From: an uncultured Chloroflexia bacterium
GTDB taxonomy: Bacteria > Chloroflexota > Limnocylindria > Limnocylindrales > CSP1-4
Direction of reading: 5' to 3'
NCBI GenBank assembly: GCA_963828165.1
Contig: CAWHDR010000001.1
Location: forward strand, 1,472,001 to 1,536,000
Length of the DNA stretch: 64,000 bases
Positions 27,066 through 36,906 of this stretch are shown one piece after another. A program made the position numbers and the translations under genes. A model generated the notes under the pieces. It worked only from the letters and a program-made list of their open reading frames with translations. It did not search any database and was not told the DNA's origin. Numbering within the stretch: the first letter of the stretch is position 1; the number at the start of each line of letters is the position of its first letter.

Positions 27066-29609
27066 ATGTCACCGCACCTCACTCTCCCGGCCACGCTTCG
27101 ATCTGCCGTCCGCGGCCGTCCTCGTCCGGGCCTCCGCACGGTCGTCGTTGCCCCCGCGGTCGCGGTCATCGTCGGCATGGCGATCGTGGTATCGAACAGC
27201 GTCGCCGATGAGCTTCGTCGCAGCGCGACGGAGTCGGCGGTCCACAGCGTCGAAGCGATCGTGCGCGGCTACGTGGACCCATCGCTACAGGAAACGAGCC
27301 TCGACCTCGGGGCGCCTGTGGACCCAGCGATCGACGCCCAGCTCGAGCAGCTGACGCTGTCAGGCGAGATCCGCCGGATCAACATGTGGTCGCGGGACGG
27401 TCGCATCGTCTATTCGAGCGCCCCACAGCTCCGCGGCCGGCGCTTCTCGATCGGATCCACGATCGCGAGCGCCTACTCCGGCGAGAGCAGCGCGCGCTAC
27501 GCCGATGAGGGCGGGGCGGGCGAAGGGAACGACGGAGCCGACGAGGCGGTCGAAGGGGTTGCCCCGATGTCCGGTCATTTCCTCGAGCTGTACGTCCCGA
27601 TCCGGGGTGCCGTCGACGGAAACCCGATCGGCGTCTACGAGCTGTACCAGGACGCCCGGCTCATCGAACAACGCATCGACGGCACGAGATCCGGCGTGTT
27701 CATCGTCGCGATCGTGGCTTCGACCTTGTTGGTCGCCCTCCTCTGGCTCGCCTTTGGCGGCGCATCGCGGGTGCTCGCAGGTCAGAACCGCCGCCTCCAG
27801 GAGCAGGCCACGACCGAGCGACTCCTGCTCGTCGACATGCAACGCAAGGAGGAGCGATTCCGATCGCTCGTCCAGAATGCATCCGACGGGGTCGTCGTGT
27901 TGGGCGAGGATGGGCTGATCCGCTACGAGAGCCCGGCCGTCGAACGCATCCTCGGGCGACACGCGGGGGAGCGGGTCGGCCAACCGGTCGGCACCGACAT
28001 CCATCCCGACGACCGCGTCTCCGTGGAGCGCGGGTTGGCTGACGTCGCGGCCGCGGGCGGTTCCGAGGCCCGGGCGGAGTTCCGCGCCCGCCACGCCGAC
28101 GGCTCGTGGCGAACACTCGAGGCGATCGCCAAGAACCTCCTCGACGATCCAGCGGTGGGCGGCGTGGTCGTCAACTACCGCGACATCACCGAGCGCAAGA
28201 TCCTCGAGGAACAGCTCCGTCACCAGGCGTTCCACGACGTCTTGACCGGCCTCGAGAACCGCTTCCTGTTCCTCGATCGACTCGGTCACGCGCTGGCTCG
28301 GGCCGGCCGCGGGGGGCGACCGACCGCCGTCCTCTTTCTGGACCTCGACGATTTCAAGGCGGTCAACGACCGGCTCGGTCACGCCGAGGGCGACAAGCTG
28401 CTCGTGGCCGTCGCGCAACGGCTCAAGATCGTCACTCGCGACAGCGACACCGTCGCCAGGCTCGGTGGCGACGAGTTCGCGATCATCGTCGAGGAGACCG
28501 ATCCAGCGGAAGCCGAACAGGCCGCGGCTCGCATCCTCGCGACCCTCACGCCTCCCTTCGAGCTCGGGGAGCGACCGATCGCCGTTCGCGTGAGCATCGG
28601 GATCGCGATGCAATCGATCGACGGCGCTGACGCCGACGAGCTGCTTCGTCGCGCCGACATCGCGATGTACGCGGCCAAGGCCGCCGGCGGCAATCGCCAT
28701 GTCGCCTACGAGCCGCACCTCTACGACGCGACCGTGGCCCGGATGGAGTTGAAGGCCGACCTGCGCGGGGCCCTCGAGCGGGGCGAGCTGCACATCGCCT
28801 ATCAGCCCATCGTCGACCTCGCCACCGCCGAGATCCTCGGCTCGGAAGCGCTCATGCGCTGGAACCACCCGAAACACGGACCGGTCCCGCCGATGGACTT
28901 CATCCCGCTCGCGGAGGAGAACGGACTCATCCTCGAGCTGGGCCGTTGGATCCTCGAGACGGCGTGCCATCAGACCCGGGCGTGGCAAGCGGCCACCGGG
29001 CGCGCGGGGCTGTCGATCAGCGTCAACCTGTCGGGGCGACAGATCCTCGATCGGGACCTGGTCCCGGACGTCCACCGCATCCTGTCCGAGTCAGGCCTCG
29101 CCCCAAGCGCCCTGACCCTGGAGATGACCGAGAGCGTGCTCGTCCAGGATGTGGATGCGACCGTCGCCACACTCGGGGCGCTCAAGGCCATCGGCGTCCG
29201 CCTGGCCATCGATGACTTCGGGACCGGCTATTCGTCCCTCAGTTACCTGCGCCAGTTTCCGATCGACATCCTCAAGATCGACCGGTCGTTCGTCGCGAGC
29301 CTCGATGGCAGCATGGACTCGACTGCGCTCGTTCGCTCCATCCTCGATCTCAGCACGACCCTGCGCCTCGATACCGTGGCCGAGGGCATCGAGGAATCCG
29401 GGCAGCGCGACGTCCTGCGCGACCTCGGCGCCCAACAGGGCCAGGGTTACCTCTTCGCTCGCCCGATGGGGCCCGAGGACCTGGCCGATCTGCTCGCCGG
29501 CGCAGATGCCGCCGGCGACGCGCGAAACGGGTCGTCAACGCCTCCCATGGCGGCAACGCGCACGACCCGGTCCGCTCACCGGAACCCACCCACCGAAGCG
29601 CTCCGCTGA
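27066..29609 (+). CDS. Membrane sensor PAS-GGDEF-EAL c-di-GMP enzyme
   Basis: Two TM with extracellular loop, PAS, intact RLGGDEF, EALMRW, DDFGTGYSSL. Confidence 0.95.
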   Translation: MSPHLTLPATLRSAVRGRPRPGLRTVVVAPAVAVIVGMAIVVSNSVADELRRSATESAVHSVEAIVRGYVDPSLQETSLDLGAPVDPAIDAQLEQLTLSGEIRRINMWSRDGRIVYSSAPQLRGRRFSIGSTIASAYSGESSARYADEGGAGEGNDGADEAVEGVAPMSGHFLELYVPIRGAVDGNPIGVYELYQDARLIEQRIDGTRSGVFIVAIVASTLLVALLWLAFGGASRVLAGQNRRLQEQATTERLLLVDMQRKEERFRSLVQNASDGVVVLGEDGLIRYESPAVERILGRHAGERVGQPVGTDIHPDDRVSVERGLADVAAAGGSEARAEFRARHADGSWRTLEAIAKNLLDDPAVGGVVVNYRDITERKILEEQLRHQAFHDVLTGLENRFLFLDRLGHALARAGRGGRPTAVLFLDLDDFKAVNDRLGHAEGDKLLVAVAQRLKIVTRDSDTVARLGGDEFAIIVEETDPAEAEQAAARILATLTPPFELGERPIAVRVSIGIAMQSIDGADADELLRRADIAMYAAKAAGGNRHVAYEPHLYDATVARMELKADLRGALERGELHIAYQPIVDLATAEILGSEALMRWNHPKHGPVPPMDFIPLAEENGLILELGRWILETACHQTRAWQAATGRAGLSISVNLSGRQILDRDLVPDVHRILSESGLAPSALTLEMTESVLVQDVDATVATLGALKAIGVRLAIDDFGTGYSSLSYLRQFPIDILKIDRSFVASLDGSMDSTALVRSILDLSTTLRLDTVAEGIEESGQRDVLRDLGAQQGQGYLFARPMGPEDLADLLAGADAAGDARNGSSTPPMAATRTTRSAHRNPPTEALR

Positions 29610-29634
29610 CCCGATCCACCAGAGGTTCACCCCG

Positions 29635-30072
29635 ATGCCCATCCTGACTCCCCATCCGACCATCCGCCGCCTCCACCGACTCGCAGTCGCGGCGGCAACG
29701 ATCGCGATCGCGCTGATTGCGCTGACGGCATGCTCGGCGGCCGCGGAACCGGCGAAGACCGTCACGCTGCAGACCCTCAACGGTTCTGGCGTGACGGGGA
29801 CGGTGACCTTCGGCGCGCTCCGGGAAAAGACGGCGGTCGAGATCGCGGTCGAACCAGGCGGCAATCCGGACATGCCCGCGCACATCCACCCAGGCACCTG
29901 CGACGACCTGACGCCGCAACCGAAGTTCCCGCTGGAAAACGTCCGAAACGGGAGCTCGAAGACGGTCGTGCCCGCCTCGGTGCAAGAGCTGTTTGCCGGT
30001 GGCCTGGCCGTCAACATCCACCGCTCCAATGACGACCTGAAGACGTACACGGCGTGCGTGGATCTCCGATAG
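29635..30072 (+). CDS. CHRD/Cu-SOD-like fold lipoprotein
   Basis: LTAC lipobox, NGSGVTGT, PAHIHPGTC, NIHRS, ACVDL. Confidence 0.7.
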   Translation: MPILTPHPTIRRLHRLAVAAATIAIALIALTACSAAAEPAKTVTLQTLNGSGVTGTVTFGALREKTAVEIAVEPGGNPDMPAHIHPGTCDDLTPQPKFPLENVRNGSSKTVVPASVQELFAGGLAVNIHRSNDDLKTYTACVDLR

Positions 30073-30452
30073 CGCGTCCCTTTTCGCGGCTGCTGCTCAT
30101 CGGTGTCGTCGCGCCGTTGGTCCTTGCGTGTGCTGCTGCCGGCCAAGCCACGAGCACGAGCCCAGGCACGACGCTGAACGTGTCGATCAGGACAGCTGTC
30201 GGTGAGACCACGGCCTTCGATCCGGCCGAGACCGTCGTCGCACCCGGAGCTCCGATCTCGATCACCTTCCGAAACGCCTCGAGCCTTCCGCACAACCTGA
30301 CCTTCACCGGGTTCACCGCGGCGACCAGGACGATCGTGGAACCTGGCACCTCCGATGAGCTGGTCCTTTCGCCGCTCGCCGCCGGCGCGTATCCGTTCGT
30401 CTGCACCATCCACGAGGGCATGGCGGGAATCCTGACGATCCGGGCGACCTAG
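30054..30452 (+). CDS. Cupredoxin (blue copper) lipoprotein
   Basis: HNLTF...YPFVCTIHEGMAG type-1 Cu ligands H/C/H/M. Confidence 0.85.
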   Translation: MRGSPIARPFSRLLLIGVVAPLVLACAAAGQATSTSPGTTLNVSIRTAVGETTAFDPAETVVAPGAPISITFRNASSLPHNLTFTGFTAATRTIVEPGTSDELVLSPLAAGAYPFVCTIHEGMAGILTIRAT

Positions 30453-30514
30453 CGCATCGGCGGGCCACGCCGCCCGCGACCAAGCCTCGCCCGCGACCTG
30501 GCACGGCCCGCGAC

Positions 30515-31231
30515 CTAGCGCGGAACGGCGGCCTCGGCGAAGGACGCCATATCCGGGAACGTGGCATTCGGCGTGGCGACGGCCTCGGGCGTGGCACCCG
30601 AGCCCGGGCGCCCCTGGCGTCGATCGATCCACACCGTCGTCATCCCGAGGCGCTGCGCCGGGGCGTGGTCGTGAAACAGGCTCTGCGCCACATGAAGGAT
30701 GCGGTCCCGCGGCAGCTCGATGCGCCCGAACGCGGCGAGGAAGCCCCGCTCGGCGGGCTTGTACGAACGGACCTGCTGGGCCGTCACGATCCAGTCGAAT
30801 TCGACGCCCAGCCGCTCGTTCGATGCCGCGAACAGGTCGTCGTCGCAGTTGGTGATCACGCCCAGTCGGTATCGCGACTTGAGCCTGGCCAAGGCCTCGG
30901 CTGAATCGGAGAACGCCGGCCAATCGACCACCGAACCGGAGAAGGCCACCGACTCCTCCGTGGACGGCTCGAAGCCGAGCTCGCCCGCGACCCCCCGGAG
31001 CCCCGCGGCGAGGACGTGCCGGTAGGTCTGGTACGGACCGGCCTCCGCAGCCGCCTCGTATCCGGCGAAGCGTCTGAGCACGTCCTCGTCGTCGATCGAC
31101 GCGTTATGGGCCGCGAGGATCGGACGGAAGGCGTCAGCGAGTCCCGCCTCCCAGTCGATGAGGGTGCCGTAGCAATCGAACGTGAGGGCCTCGAACCGCC
31201 CGTAGTCGAGCCCGGGCCTGGGGTGCATCAT
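30515..31231 (-). CDS. Haloacid dehalogenase type II (HAD IA)
   Basis: FDCYGTLIDWE, ITN, SYKP, HVAQSLFHD. Confidence 0.9.
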   Translation of the reverse strand: MMHPRPGLDYGRFEALTFDCYGTLIDWEAGLADAFRPILAAHNASIDDEDVLRRFAGYEAAAEAGPYQTYRHVLAAGLRGVAGELGFEPSTEESVAFSGSVVDWPAFSDSAEALARLKSRYRLGVITNCDDDLFAASNERLGVEFDWIVTAQQVRSYKPAERGFLAAFGRIELPRDRILHVAQSLFHDHAPAQRLGMTTVWIDRRQGRPGSGATPEAVATPNATFPDMASFAEAAVPR

Positions 31232-31319
31232 GTCTCCGAAGCGCAGGGGGAGTTGCGCCCAAGCATCGCATGACGAAGCCGTGCCGGAACTGGCACCGGC
31301 GTGAGGTCGTCCCGGGCCA

Positions 31320-31727
31320 ATGACCATCAACCGCCGAACATCGTCGCTCCTTGCCGTCATGGTCCTCGCCCTCGCTGCATGTTCTCCTGGCGCCCCATCG
31401 CCGGTGGCCGCACCAGGGACCGGCTTGGCGATCACCGCCCTCGCCGGGCCGACCTGTCCCGTAGAAACGATCCCTCCCGACCCTGTGTGCGCGCCTCGGC
31501 CCGTCGCCGGCGCCACGGTCATCGTCCAGGACGGTCAGCACAAGAGCGTCGCGACCGTCGTCCTTGATGCCAGGGGAGCCGCGGTCGTCGCGCTCCCCGT
31601 CGGCGAGTACGTGGTCCAGCCGCAACGGGTGGCCGGCCTGATGGGCACCGCGGCGGCGACCGATGTCACGGTCGTGGACGGAACGCTGACGCCCGTCGTC
31701 CTCTCGTACGACACCGGGATCCGCTAG
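31320..31727 (+). CDS. Lipoprotein with GPTCPVE...C motif and small beta-sandwich
   Basis: LAAC lipobox, AGPTCPVE..PDPVC, YDTGIR end. Confidence 0.75.
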   Translation: MTINRRTSSLLAVMVLALAACSPGAPSPVAAPGTGLAITALAGPTCPVETIPPDPVCAPRPVAGATVIVQDGQHKSVATVVLDARGAAVVALPVGEYVVQPQRVAGLMGTAAATDVTVVDGTLTPVVLSYDTGIR

Positions 31728-31818
31728 ACCGCCCGTTCGTACCAATTCGTGGTGCCGCGGGGCACCGTCGCTAGGTTTGCAAGGTGGCTTGTAAGGGACG
31801 GCGACGTATGCTCCGGTC

Positions 31819-32568
31819 ATGTCGAAATCAAAGGGCGTTGGACGCGGGTTGCTTGACCTTCTGTTGCTGGGCGGGCTGATCGTCCTCGTCGCGATGCCTA
31901 CGCTCGCCGCCGAGCCTTCCACGTCTCCCTCCGCCTCCGCACTACCGTCCGCGACGGCCGCCCCGACCGAGGCGCCGACGGCCGCCCCCACCAACGCCCC
32001 GGCGGCGACCGCCGCGCCCACGGCCACCACCGCGCCCGCGGCAGAGCCCGACGAGGACGACGGTTCAGCCAGGCCCGAGAAGGCGCCCAAGGGGCCGAAG
32101 GCCAAGAAGGCCCCCGGGGTTGAGGTGACGATCAGCGGGACCATTGCGACCCGGACGGACGCCGACGGGAACACCGAGTACACGACCGTTGCCGGCGGCA
32201 AGACTCTCGTTCTCGAAGCCGGTCCCTCCTGGTTCTTCGGCGCCAACCATCCGCTCAAGCCCTTCGTCGGCAAGCGCGTCACGATCACGGGAGAGCAGCG
32301 CGCTGGCGAGGATGAGGTCGATGTCGAAGCCGTCGATGGGAAGCGCCTCCGCGCCGAGGGCAAGCCACCGTGGGCGGGCGGCTGGAAGCGTGTCGGAGAG
32401 CGGCATCCCGGCTGGACCCAGGAGAAGTGGGACCGCTGGCAGACGAAGTTCGCCGACAAGGCCAAGGCGCTCGGCACCGACTGCTTCCCGCCCGGCCAGT
32501 GCAAGGACAAGCCCGGCAAGGGCGGTGCCGACTCGGACGACTTGAGGGCGCCCGACGCCGGAGGCTGA
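31819..32568 (+). CDS. Secreted protein with Pro/Thr/Ala linker and OB-fold-like domain
   Basis: Signal peptide, APT repeats, AGPSWF, KPPWAGG. Confidence 0.7.
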   Translation: MSKSKGVGRGLLDLLLLGGLIVLVAMPTLAAEPSTSPSASALPSATAAPTEAPTAAPTNAPAATAAPTATTAPAAEPDEDDGSARPEKAPKGPKAKKAPGVEVTISGTIATRTDADGNTEYTTVAGGKTLVLEAGPSWFFGANHPLKPFVGKRVTITGEQRAGEDEVDVEAVDGKRLRAEGKPPWAGGWKRVGERHPGWTQEKWDRWQTKFADKAKALGTDCFPPGQCKDKPGKGGADSDDLRAPDAGG

Positions 32569-32584
32569 CCCACGTCACCGGCGA

Positions 32585-32748
32585 GTCCCGACGCGAGACT
32601 CCGCCACCGCCGCGTACCGACGCGAGACTCCGCCACCGTCGCGTCCCGACGCGAGACGCCGCCACCGCCGAGCCCCGACGCGGGAGTCCGCTATCGGTGA
32701 GTCCCGACGGGAGATTCTATCGGCGAGTCCCGGCTCCAAGACTCCGCC
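32585..32748. repeat. Intergenic tandem repeat, about 6 degenerate copies of a 29-bp unit
   Basis: Units start at 32585, 32614, 32643, 32672, 32701, 32727; consensus GTCCCGACGCGAGACTCCGCCACCGCCGC. Confidence 0.9.
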
Positions 32749-32969
32749 AAATGCTCGCGCCACGGAACCTTAGGCGGAGAATCGAACCGTGATCGATGGC
32801 CTGCTCGGCCGGATCCCTGCGTGGTCCCGCACGATCAAGCCCGGCGACGACGCCAGAGCGCGCCGAAAGGCCGCCTAACGTTCCCCCCACGAACATTTGG
32901 CGGACTTGTCGAGGCTTCGAGGCTGATCGCCACTGTGTCGCTGGGGACCCGCGCCGCTACGATGCCGGC

Positions 32970-33782
32970 ATGCGCCTGCCCGTGGCCCTGGTCCAGCTCG
33001 ATGCGACGGACGACGTCGACACCAACATCGCGACCGCCGCCAAGCTCGCGGCTGAGGCCGCCGCCGGTGGTGCCCGCCTCGTCGCCCTGCCGGAGTACCT
33101 GCAGTACCGCGGCGACGACGCTGGCTTCCGTGCCTCCGCACGACCCGTTCCTGGACCGCACACGGACGTTTTCTCCGAGGTCGCTCGCGAGCACGACGCC
33201 TGGATCCTCGTTGGCAGCCTCGCCGAGTCGTCAGGCGACGAGGCCCGCCCGCACAACACGAGCGTGCTGATCTCCCCGGATGGCTCGATCGCGGCGACGT
33301 ACCGGAAGATCCACCTGTTCGATGTCGCCGTGGACCAGGGCCCGGTCGATACGGAATCGGCCCGGGTCACCGCGGGCGAGGCGACCATCGTCGCCGATGT
33401 CGACGGAGTCGCCCTGGGCCTGTCGATCTGCTACGACCTGCGCTTCCCCGAGCTCTACCGATCGCTGGCGCTGGCCGGTGCTGAGGTGCTGACCGTTCCT
33501 GCGAACTTCACGGAACGGACCGGCCGCGATCACTGGGAAGTCCTCCTCCGCGCTCGAGCGATCGAGAATGGCGCCTGGGTCCTCGCGCCATCGCAGATCG
33601 GTGGGCCTCCAGGCGCGCCGGCGTTCGGTCGCTCGATGATCGTGGATCCGTGGGGCACGGTCGTGGCCCAGGCGCCGGACCGGGTCGGCATCATCCGGGC
33701 GGACGTGGAGACGGACCGCGTCGCCGCGGTCCGTCGTCAGATCCCTGTGCTGGCCAACCGGCGACCGGCGGCCTATCGCTGA
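32970..33782 (+). CDS. Carbon-nitrogen hydrolase (Nit1/deaminated glutathione amidase-like)
   Basis: LPEY, YRKIHLFD, ICYDLRFPE triad; HWEVLLRARAIEN. Confidence 0.92.
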   Translation: MRLPVALVQLDATDDVDTNIATAAKLAAEAAAGGARLVALPEYLQYRGDDAGFRASARPVPGPHTDVFSEVAREHDAWILVGSLAESSGDEARPHNTSVLISPDGSIAATYRKIHLFDVAVDQGPVDTESARVTAGEATIVADVDGVALGLSICYDLRFPELYRSLALAGAEVLTVPANFTERTGRDHWEVLLRARAIENGAWVLAPSQIGGPPGAPAFGRSMIVDPWGTVVAQAPDRVGIIRADVETDRVAAVRRQIPVLANRRPAAYR

Positions 33783-33796
33783 GCCCGAGGCCAGCC

Positions 33797-34909
33797 TCAG
33801 CGGATGAGCTGGACGCCGATCGACCCAGCATCGGTGATCGGACCACTGCCGACCGGACCCGACGTGATGTAGCGAACGAACCAACCGGCGAGACAGCTGC
33901 TGCTGCCGTTGCCGGCGATCGGCATGAGGGTCGTGCCGTTTCCCTGGCACGCGGCGTTGCTCCCACCGTTCTGATCCGACATATAGTCGAGGTAGAACGC
34001 GGTCACCCGGATGATGTGATAGACGGCCTTGCTTCCCCCGGTCGTGATGCATTCGCCGTCGCAGATCGGGATCAGGACCACTCTGCCGCTGAGCTTGTTG
34101 ACCTCGTCAACCATCTTCTTGGCGCAGTTGTTGCCGTTGTCCGAGGCGACATCCGCCGGGAAGGTGGCGAACTGGATGGCGGGAGGGTTGGTGACCTCGT
34201 CGTCGCAGTTGTTCGGCGTGCCGTCGAGGTCGAGGATCATGAACGAGCCGCCACCGGTCTTGCACAGGGGCACGATGTACTCCTGCCCGATCGGCGGATT
34301 GCCCGGCTGACTCATCTCCCAGTCGGCCTCGCTCGTGCCCAGGTCGCCGTTCTTCTCGCAGTCGGCGATGTTGACCGGGAACACGACGGGGAGGAATTGG
34401 CCGCCCGCCAGCGGGCCGGCGATCGCGGTTGCATCCGCGGAGGCCCTGAACTGGTTGATGCCGATCACCCGGGCGAACGCCGTGTCGAACAACTGATTGC
34501 CACCGGCGTGGACGCCCGAGGTCTCGCCGGGCATGACGCCATCGCCGACACGCGCGGCAGATGCCGTGCTGGTGACGACCGTATTGCCCGGGCTGAGGAG
34601 CTGGCCGGCCCGGTTCGTGTAGTAGGCGGCGACCGAGTCGAGCTGATTGGCGGTTGCGATCGAATTGACGGCGATCGCGACATCGGCGTCGGTCTTAGTC
34701 CCTCCGCCGAGCTGCTGGGCGATGACGGTGGCGCCGGCGTTCGCCACCGCGTCCGCCGCGTTCTGCACGCCACGCTGGTGGGCGTAGGCGTTGCCACCAT
34801 CGAGGATCAGGGCGACGCCGCCGATCATCGAGATCATCGCGATGACCGCCACGACGAGGATCTGGCCACGGGGCCGACTTCTCGGGCGCCTTGGCGTTGT
34901 CTGGTCCAT
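33797..34909 (-). CDS. TadG-like large pseudopilin (triplet A)
   Basis: RGQILVV prepilin site, LILDGGNAY...QNAADAVA, Cys-rich C-terminal domain. Confidence 0.85.
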   Translation of the reverse strand: MDQTTPRRPRSRPRGQILVVAVIAMISMIGGVALILDGGNAYAHQRGVQNAADAVANAGATVIAQQLGGGTKTDADVAIAVNSIATANQLDSVAAYYTNRAGQLLSPGNTVVTSTASAARVGDGVMPGETSGVHAGGNQLFDTAFARVIGINQFRASADATAIAGPLAGGQFLPVVFPVNIADCEKNGDLGTSEADWEMSQPGNPPIGQEYIVPLCKTGGGSFMILDLDGTPNNCDDEVTNPPAIQFATFPADVASDNGNNCAKKMVDEVNKLSGRVVLIPICDGECITTGGSKAVYHIIRVTAFYLDYMSDQNGGSNAACQGNGTTLMPIAGNGSSSCLAGWFVRYITSGPVGSGPITDAGSIGVQLIR

Positions 34910-34947
34910 GTTGGCCTCTGTCTTTCGGTGGTGGAAGGGATTCCGGG

Positions 34948-35454
34948 TCATGGCTGCTTCGGGCAGTTCAAGGCCGCCACGCCGTCAGTCGGGGTCAGCG
35001 GGCAGCTGTACTCGACTGACAACACCGAGGTTGCCTCGAACGTCACGCCGTTCTTGAACAGGATGTTGCTGACGAATGGGGTGATCGGGAAATACGTGGC
35101 CTCGAAGGACACGACGGCCAGACAGCCGACGGCGACGAGCGCGCATTGCTTGGAGGTATCGGGTGTGCCGTCGGTCTTGACCTGGTAGAAGTCGATCTCG
35201 ACGCTTGGGTCGCTGAGCTCGACGATCACCGTCTGGTCCTTCGCCCTCTTGATGATGCTGGGCTCGTACTGGTTGACGATCGCCATACGGGCGCCCTCGC
35301 GGGCAGCGTTGGTCAGGGTGTTGTAGGCAAAGACCGCGCGGCCGAGATCGAAGATCGCGACGAGGAGGAGCAGGAAGAGCGGGATGATCAGCGCGAATTC
35401 GACGAGGGCCTGGCCTCGGCGGCGCCGAGCGTTGTCGCGGCCGAAGATCTTCAT
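34948..35454 (-). CDS. TadE-like pseudopilin (triplet A)
   Basis: GQALVEFAL, DLGR, NAAREGAR. Confidence 0.9.
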   Translation of the reverse strand: MKIFGRDNARRRRGQALVEFALIIPLFLLLLVAIFDLGRAVFAYNTLTNAAREGARMAIVNQYEPSIIKRAKDQTVIVELSDPSVEIDFYQVKTDGTPDTSKQCALVAVGCLAVVSFEATYFPITPFVSNILFKNGVTFEATSVLSVEYSCPLTPTDGVAALNCPKQP

Positions 35455-36656
35455 GGCCGGTTCACCACCACAGCGCTGTTGCACGGGACTTGGGAGGACG
35501 CGACGATGGACTGGGTCGTGATCGTGTAATTACCGCTGGGTGCGCCTGGCCCATCCGAAACGGTCCCGGTGAAGCCGGCGCCGGTCCACACCCCCTGCGC
35601 GGAGTTGCGCTTGACCCCATTGAGTGAAGGCGCCGTGCACAGGCCCGAGGCCACCGTGACGTAGTTGACCTTCGTGTGCGTCACATCGCCCGTCGGGTAT
35701 GTGACGGTCAAGGAGACCGTGTAGGTGCCCGCGGTGTTGTACGTGTGGCTCGTGGTCGCGCCGGTGCCGGTGCCCTGGCCCGTCCCGAAGTCCCAGGCGT
35801 AGGCCGTCCCTCCCGGGGTGGATGTGCTCGTGAAGTTGACCGCCAGCGGGGGAGCACCGCTGTTTTGATTCGTGGTGAAGTTCACCGTGGAGACCGCGGT
35901 GACCGTCACGCCCATCGTGGCGGTGCTGGAGCCGAGCGAGTTCGTGGCCGTCATCGTCACGAGGTAGGTGCCGGGAACGATGAACACATGGCCCAGTGGA
36001 TCCTGCAAGGTCGAGTTGGGGGAACCGTCGTTGAAGTCCCAAAGCCAGCTCGTCGGGTTGCCACCTGAGGTGTCGCGGAATACGACGGTGAAAGGAGCGG
36101 GGCCGCTTAGTGCCGAAGGCGCCACGTCCCCGTTCCCGGTGAATGCTGCATTGGGTGGACTTCCGCTCGTCGTGTTGTCAGTGGCAGTCATGCCGGTCTT
36201 GACGGGGAAGACCGCCGTAGAGGAGACGGCCACGGATCCGCCCAGGATGTTGGAGATGCCTGGGGTGATGATCCCGAAGGTGCACGTGAGCCCCACGTGC
36301 GCCTCGTCGCCGAGGTCCTGGCCGGTGAAGGTCGGAGCCGGCGCCGTCTGGACGCCGCCGACCAGCGGGAGCTTGCAGTTGTTGGCGGCCGCGTCGTTTT
36401 TGATCTGGGCCTGGTAGCGAGCCTTGATCGCCGCATCGCCCGATCCCGACCACGCCTGCGGGTTGTTGGCCGCAAGGTTGGCGCCGATGCGCGCCATGCT
36501 CTGGAGGTTGATCCAGCCCAGGTACACGCGACCGAAGTCGAGCGCGATCAGCGTCAGCATCAGGATGATGGGCAGGACGAGCGCGAACTCGACGAGGCTC
36601 TGGCCTCGCGATCTGCGATCGCCGCGACCGCGTCGGGGGATGTTGGGGAGGCGCAT
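35451..36656 (-). CDS. TadE-like pseudopilin with two PKD domains and a PASTA-like C-terminus (triplet A)
   Basis: GQSLVEFAL; WLWDFNDG and YAWDFGTG...HTYNTAGTYTVSLTV. Confidence 0.88.
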   Translation of the reverse strand: MRLPNIPRRGRGDRRSRGQSLVEFALVLPIILMLTLIALDFGRVYLGWINLQSMARIGANLAANNPQAWSGSGDAAIKARYQAQIKNDAAANNCKLPLVGGVQTAPAPTFTGQDLGDEAHVGLTCTFGIITPGISNILGGSVAVSSTAVFPVKTGMTATDNTTSGSPPNAAFTGNGDVAPSALSGPAPFTVVFRDTSGGNPTSWLWDFNDGSPNSTLQDPLGHVFIVPGTYLVTMTATNSLGSSTATMGVTVTAVSTVNFTTNQNSGAPPLAVNFTSTSTPGGTAYAWDFGTGQGTGTGATTSHTYNTAGTYTVSLTVTYPTGDVTHTKVNYVTVASGLCTAPSLNGVKRNSAQGVWTGAGFTGTVSDGPGAPSGNYTITTQSIVASSQVPCNSAVVVNRP

Positions 36657-36711
36657 ACAAGGGATCCTTGGAGTACGGGTTCGGAGGTGTGTCACCGATG
36701 CTCGGCGAAGC

Positions 36712-36739
36712 ACCTTTCACGGTCCCTTGAAACGGTGCG
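36712..36739 (-). promoter_or_regulatory. Conserved upstream motif of Tad triplet A
   Basis: Plus strand ACCTTTCACG-N3-CCTT-N4-CGGTGCG, shared with 39411-39439. Confidence 0.5.
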
Positions 36740-36906
36740 AGCGTGCATAGCCCGGACGGGTCACGGGCGGGGGCGAGATAGTCCGGCCCGGGTCCTGCCT
36801 CGACGGCCCTCCGACTGCCCGCGACTACCCTCAATGCCAGCGATGCCCGCCTGAATCGAAAGAGCCGCGCCCCCGACGCGGCCCTTCCATTCCCCCGGAC
36901 GCCAGA

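Noticed and set aside
32585-32748. CRISPR array
   Set aside because: Units are contiguous with no unique spacers, and no cas genes are in the window
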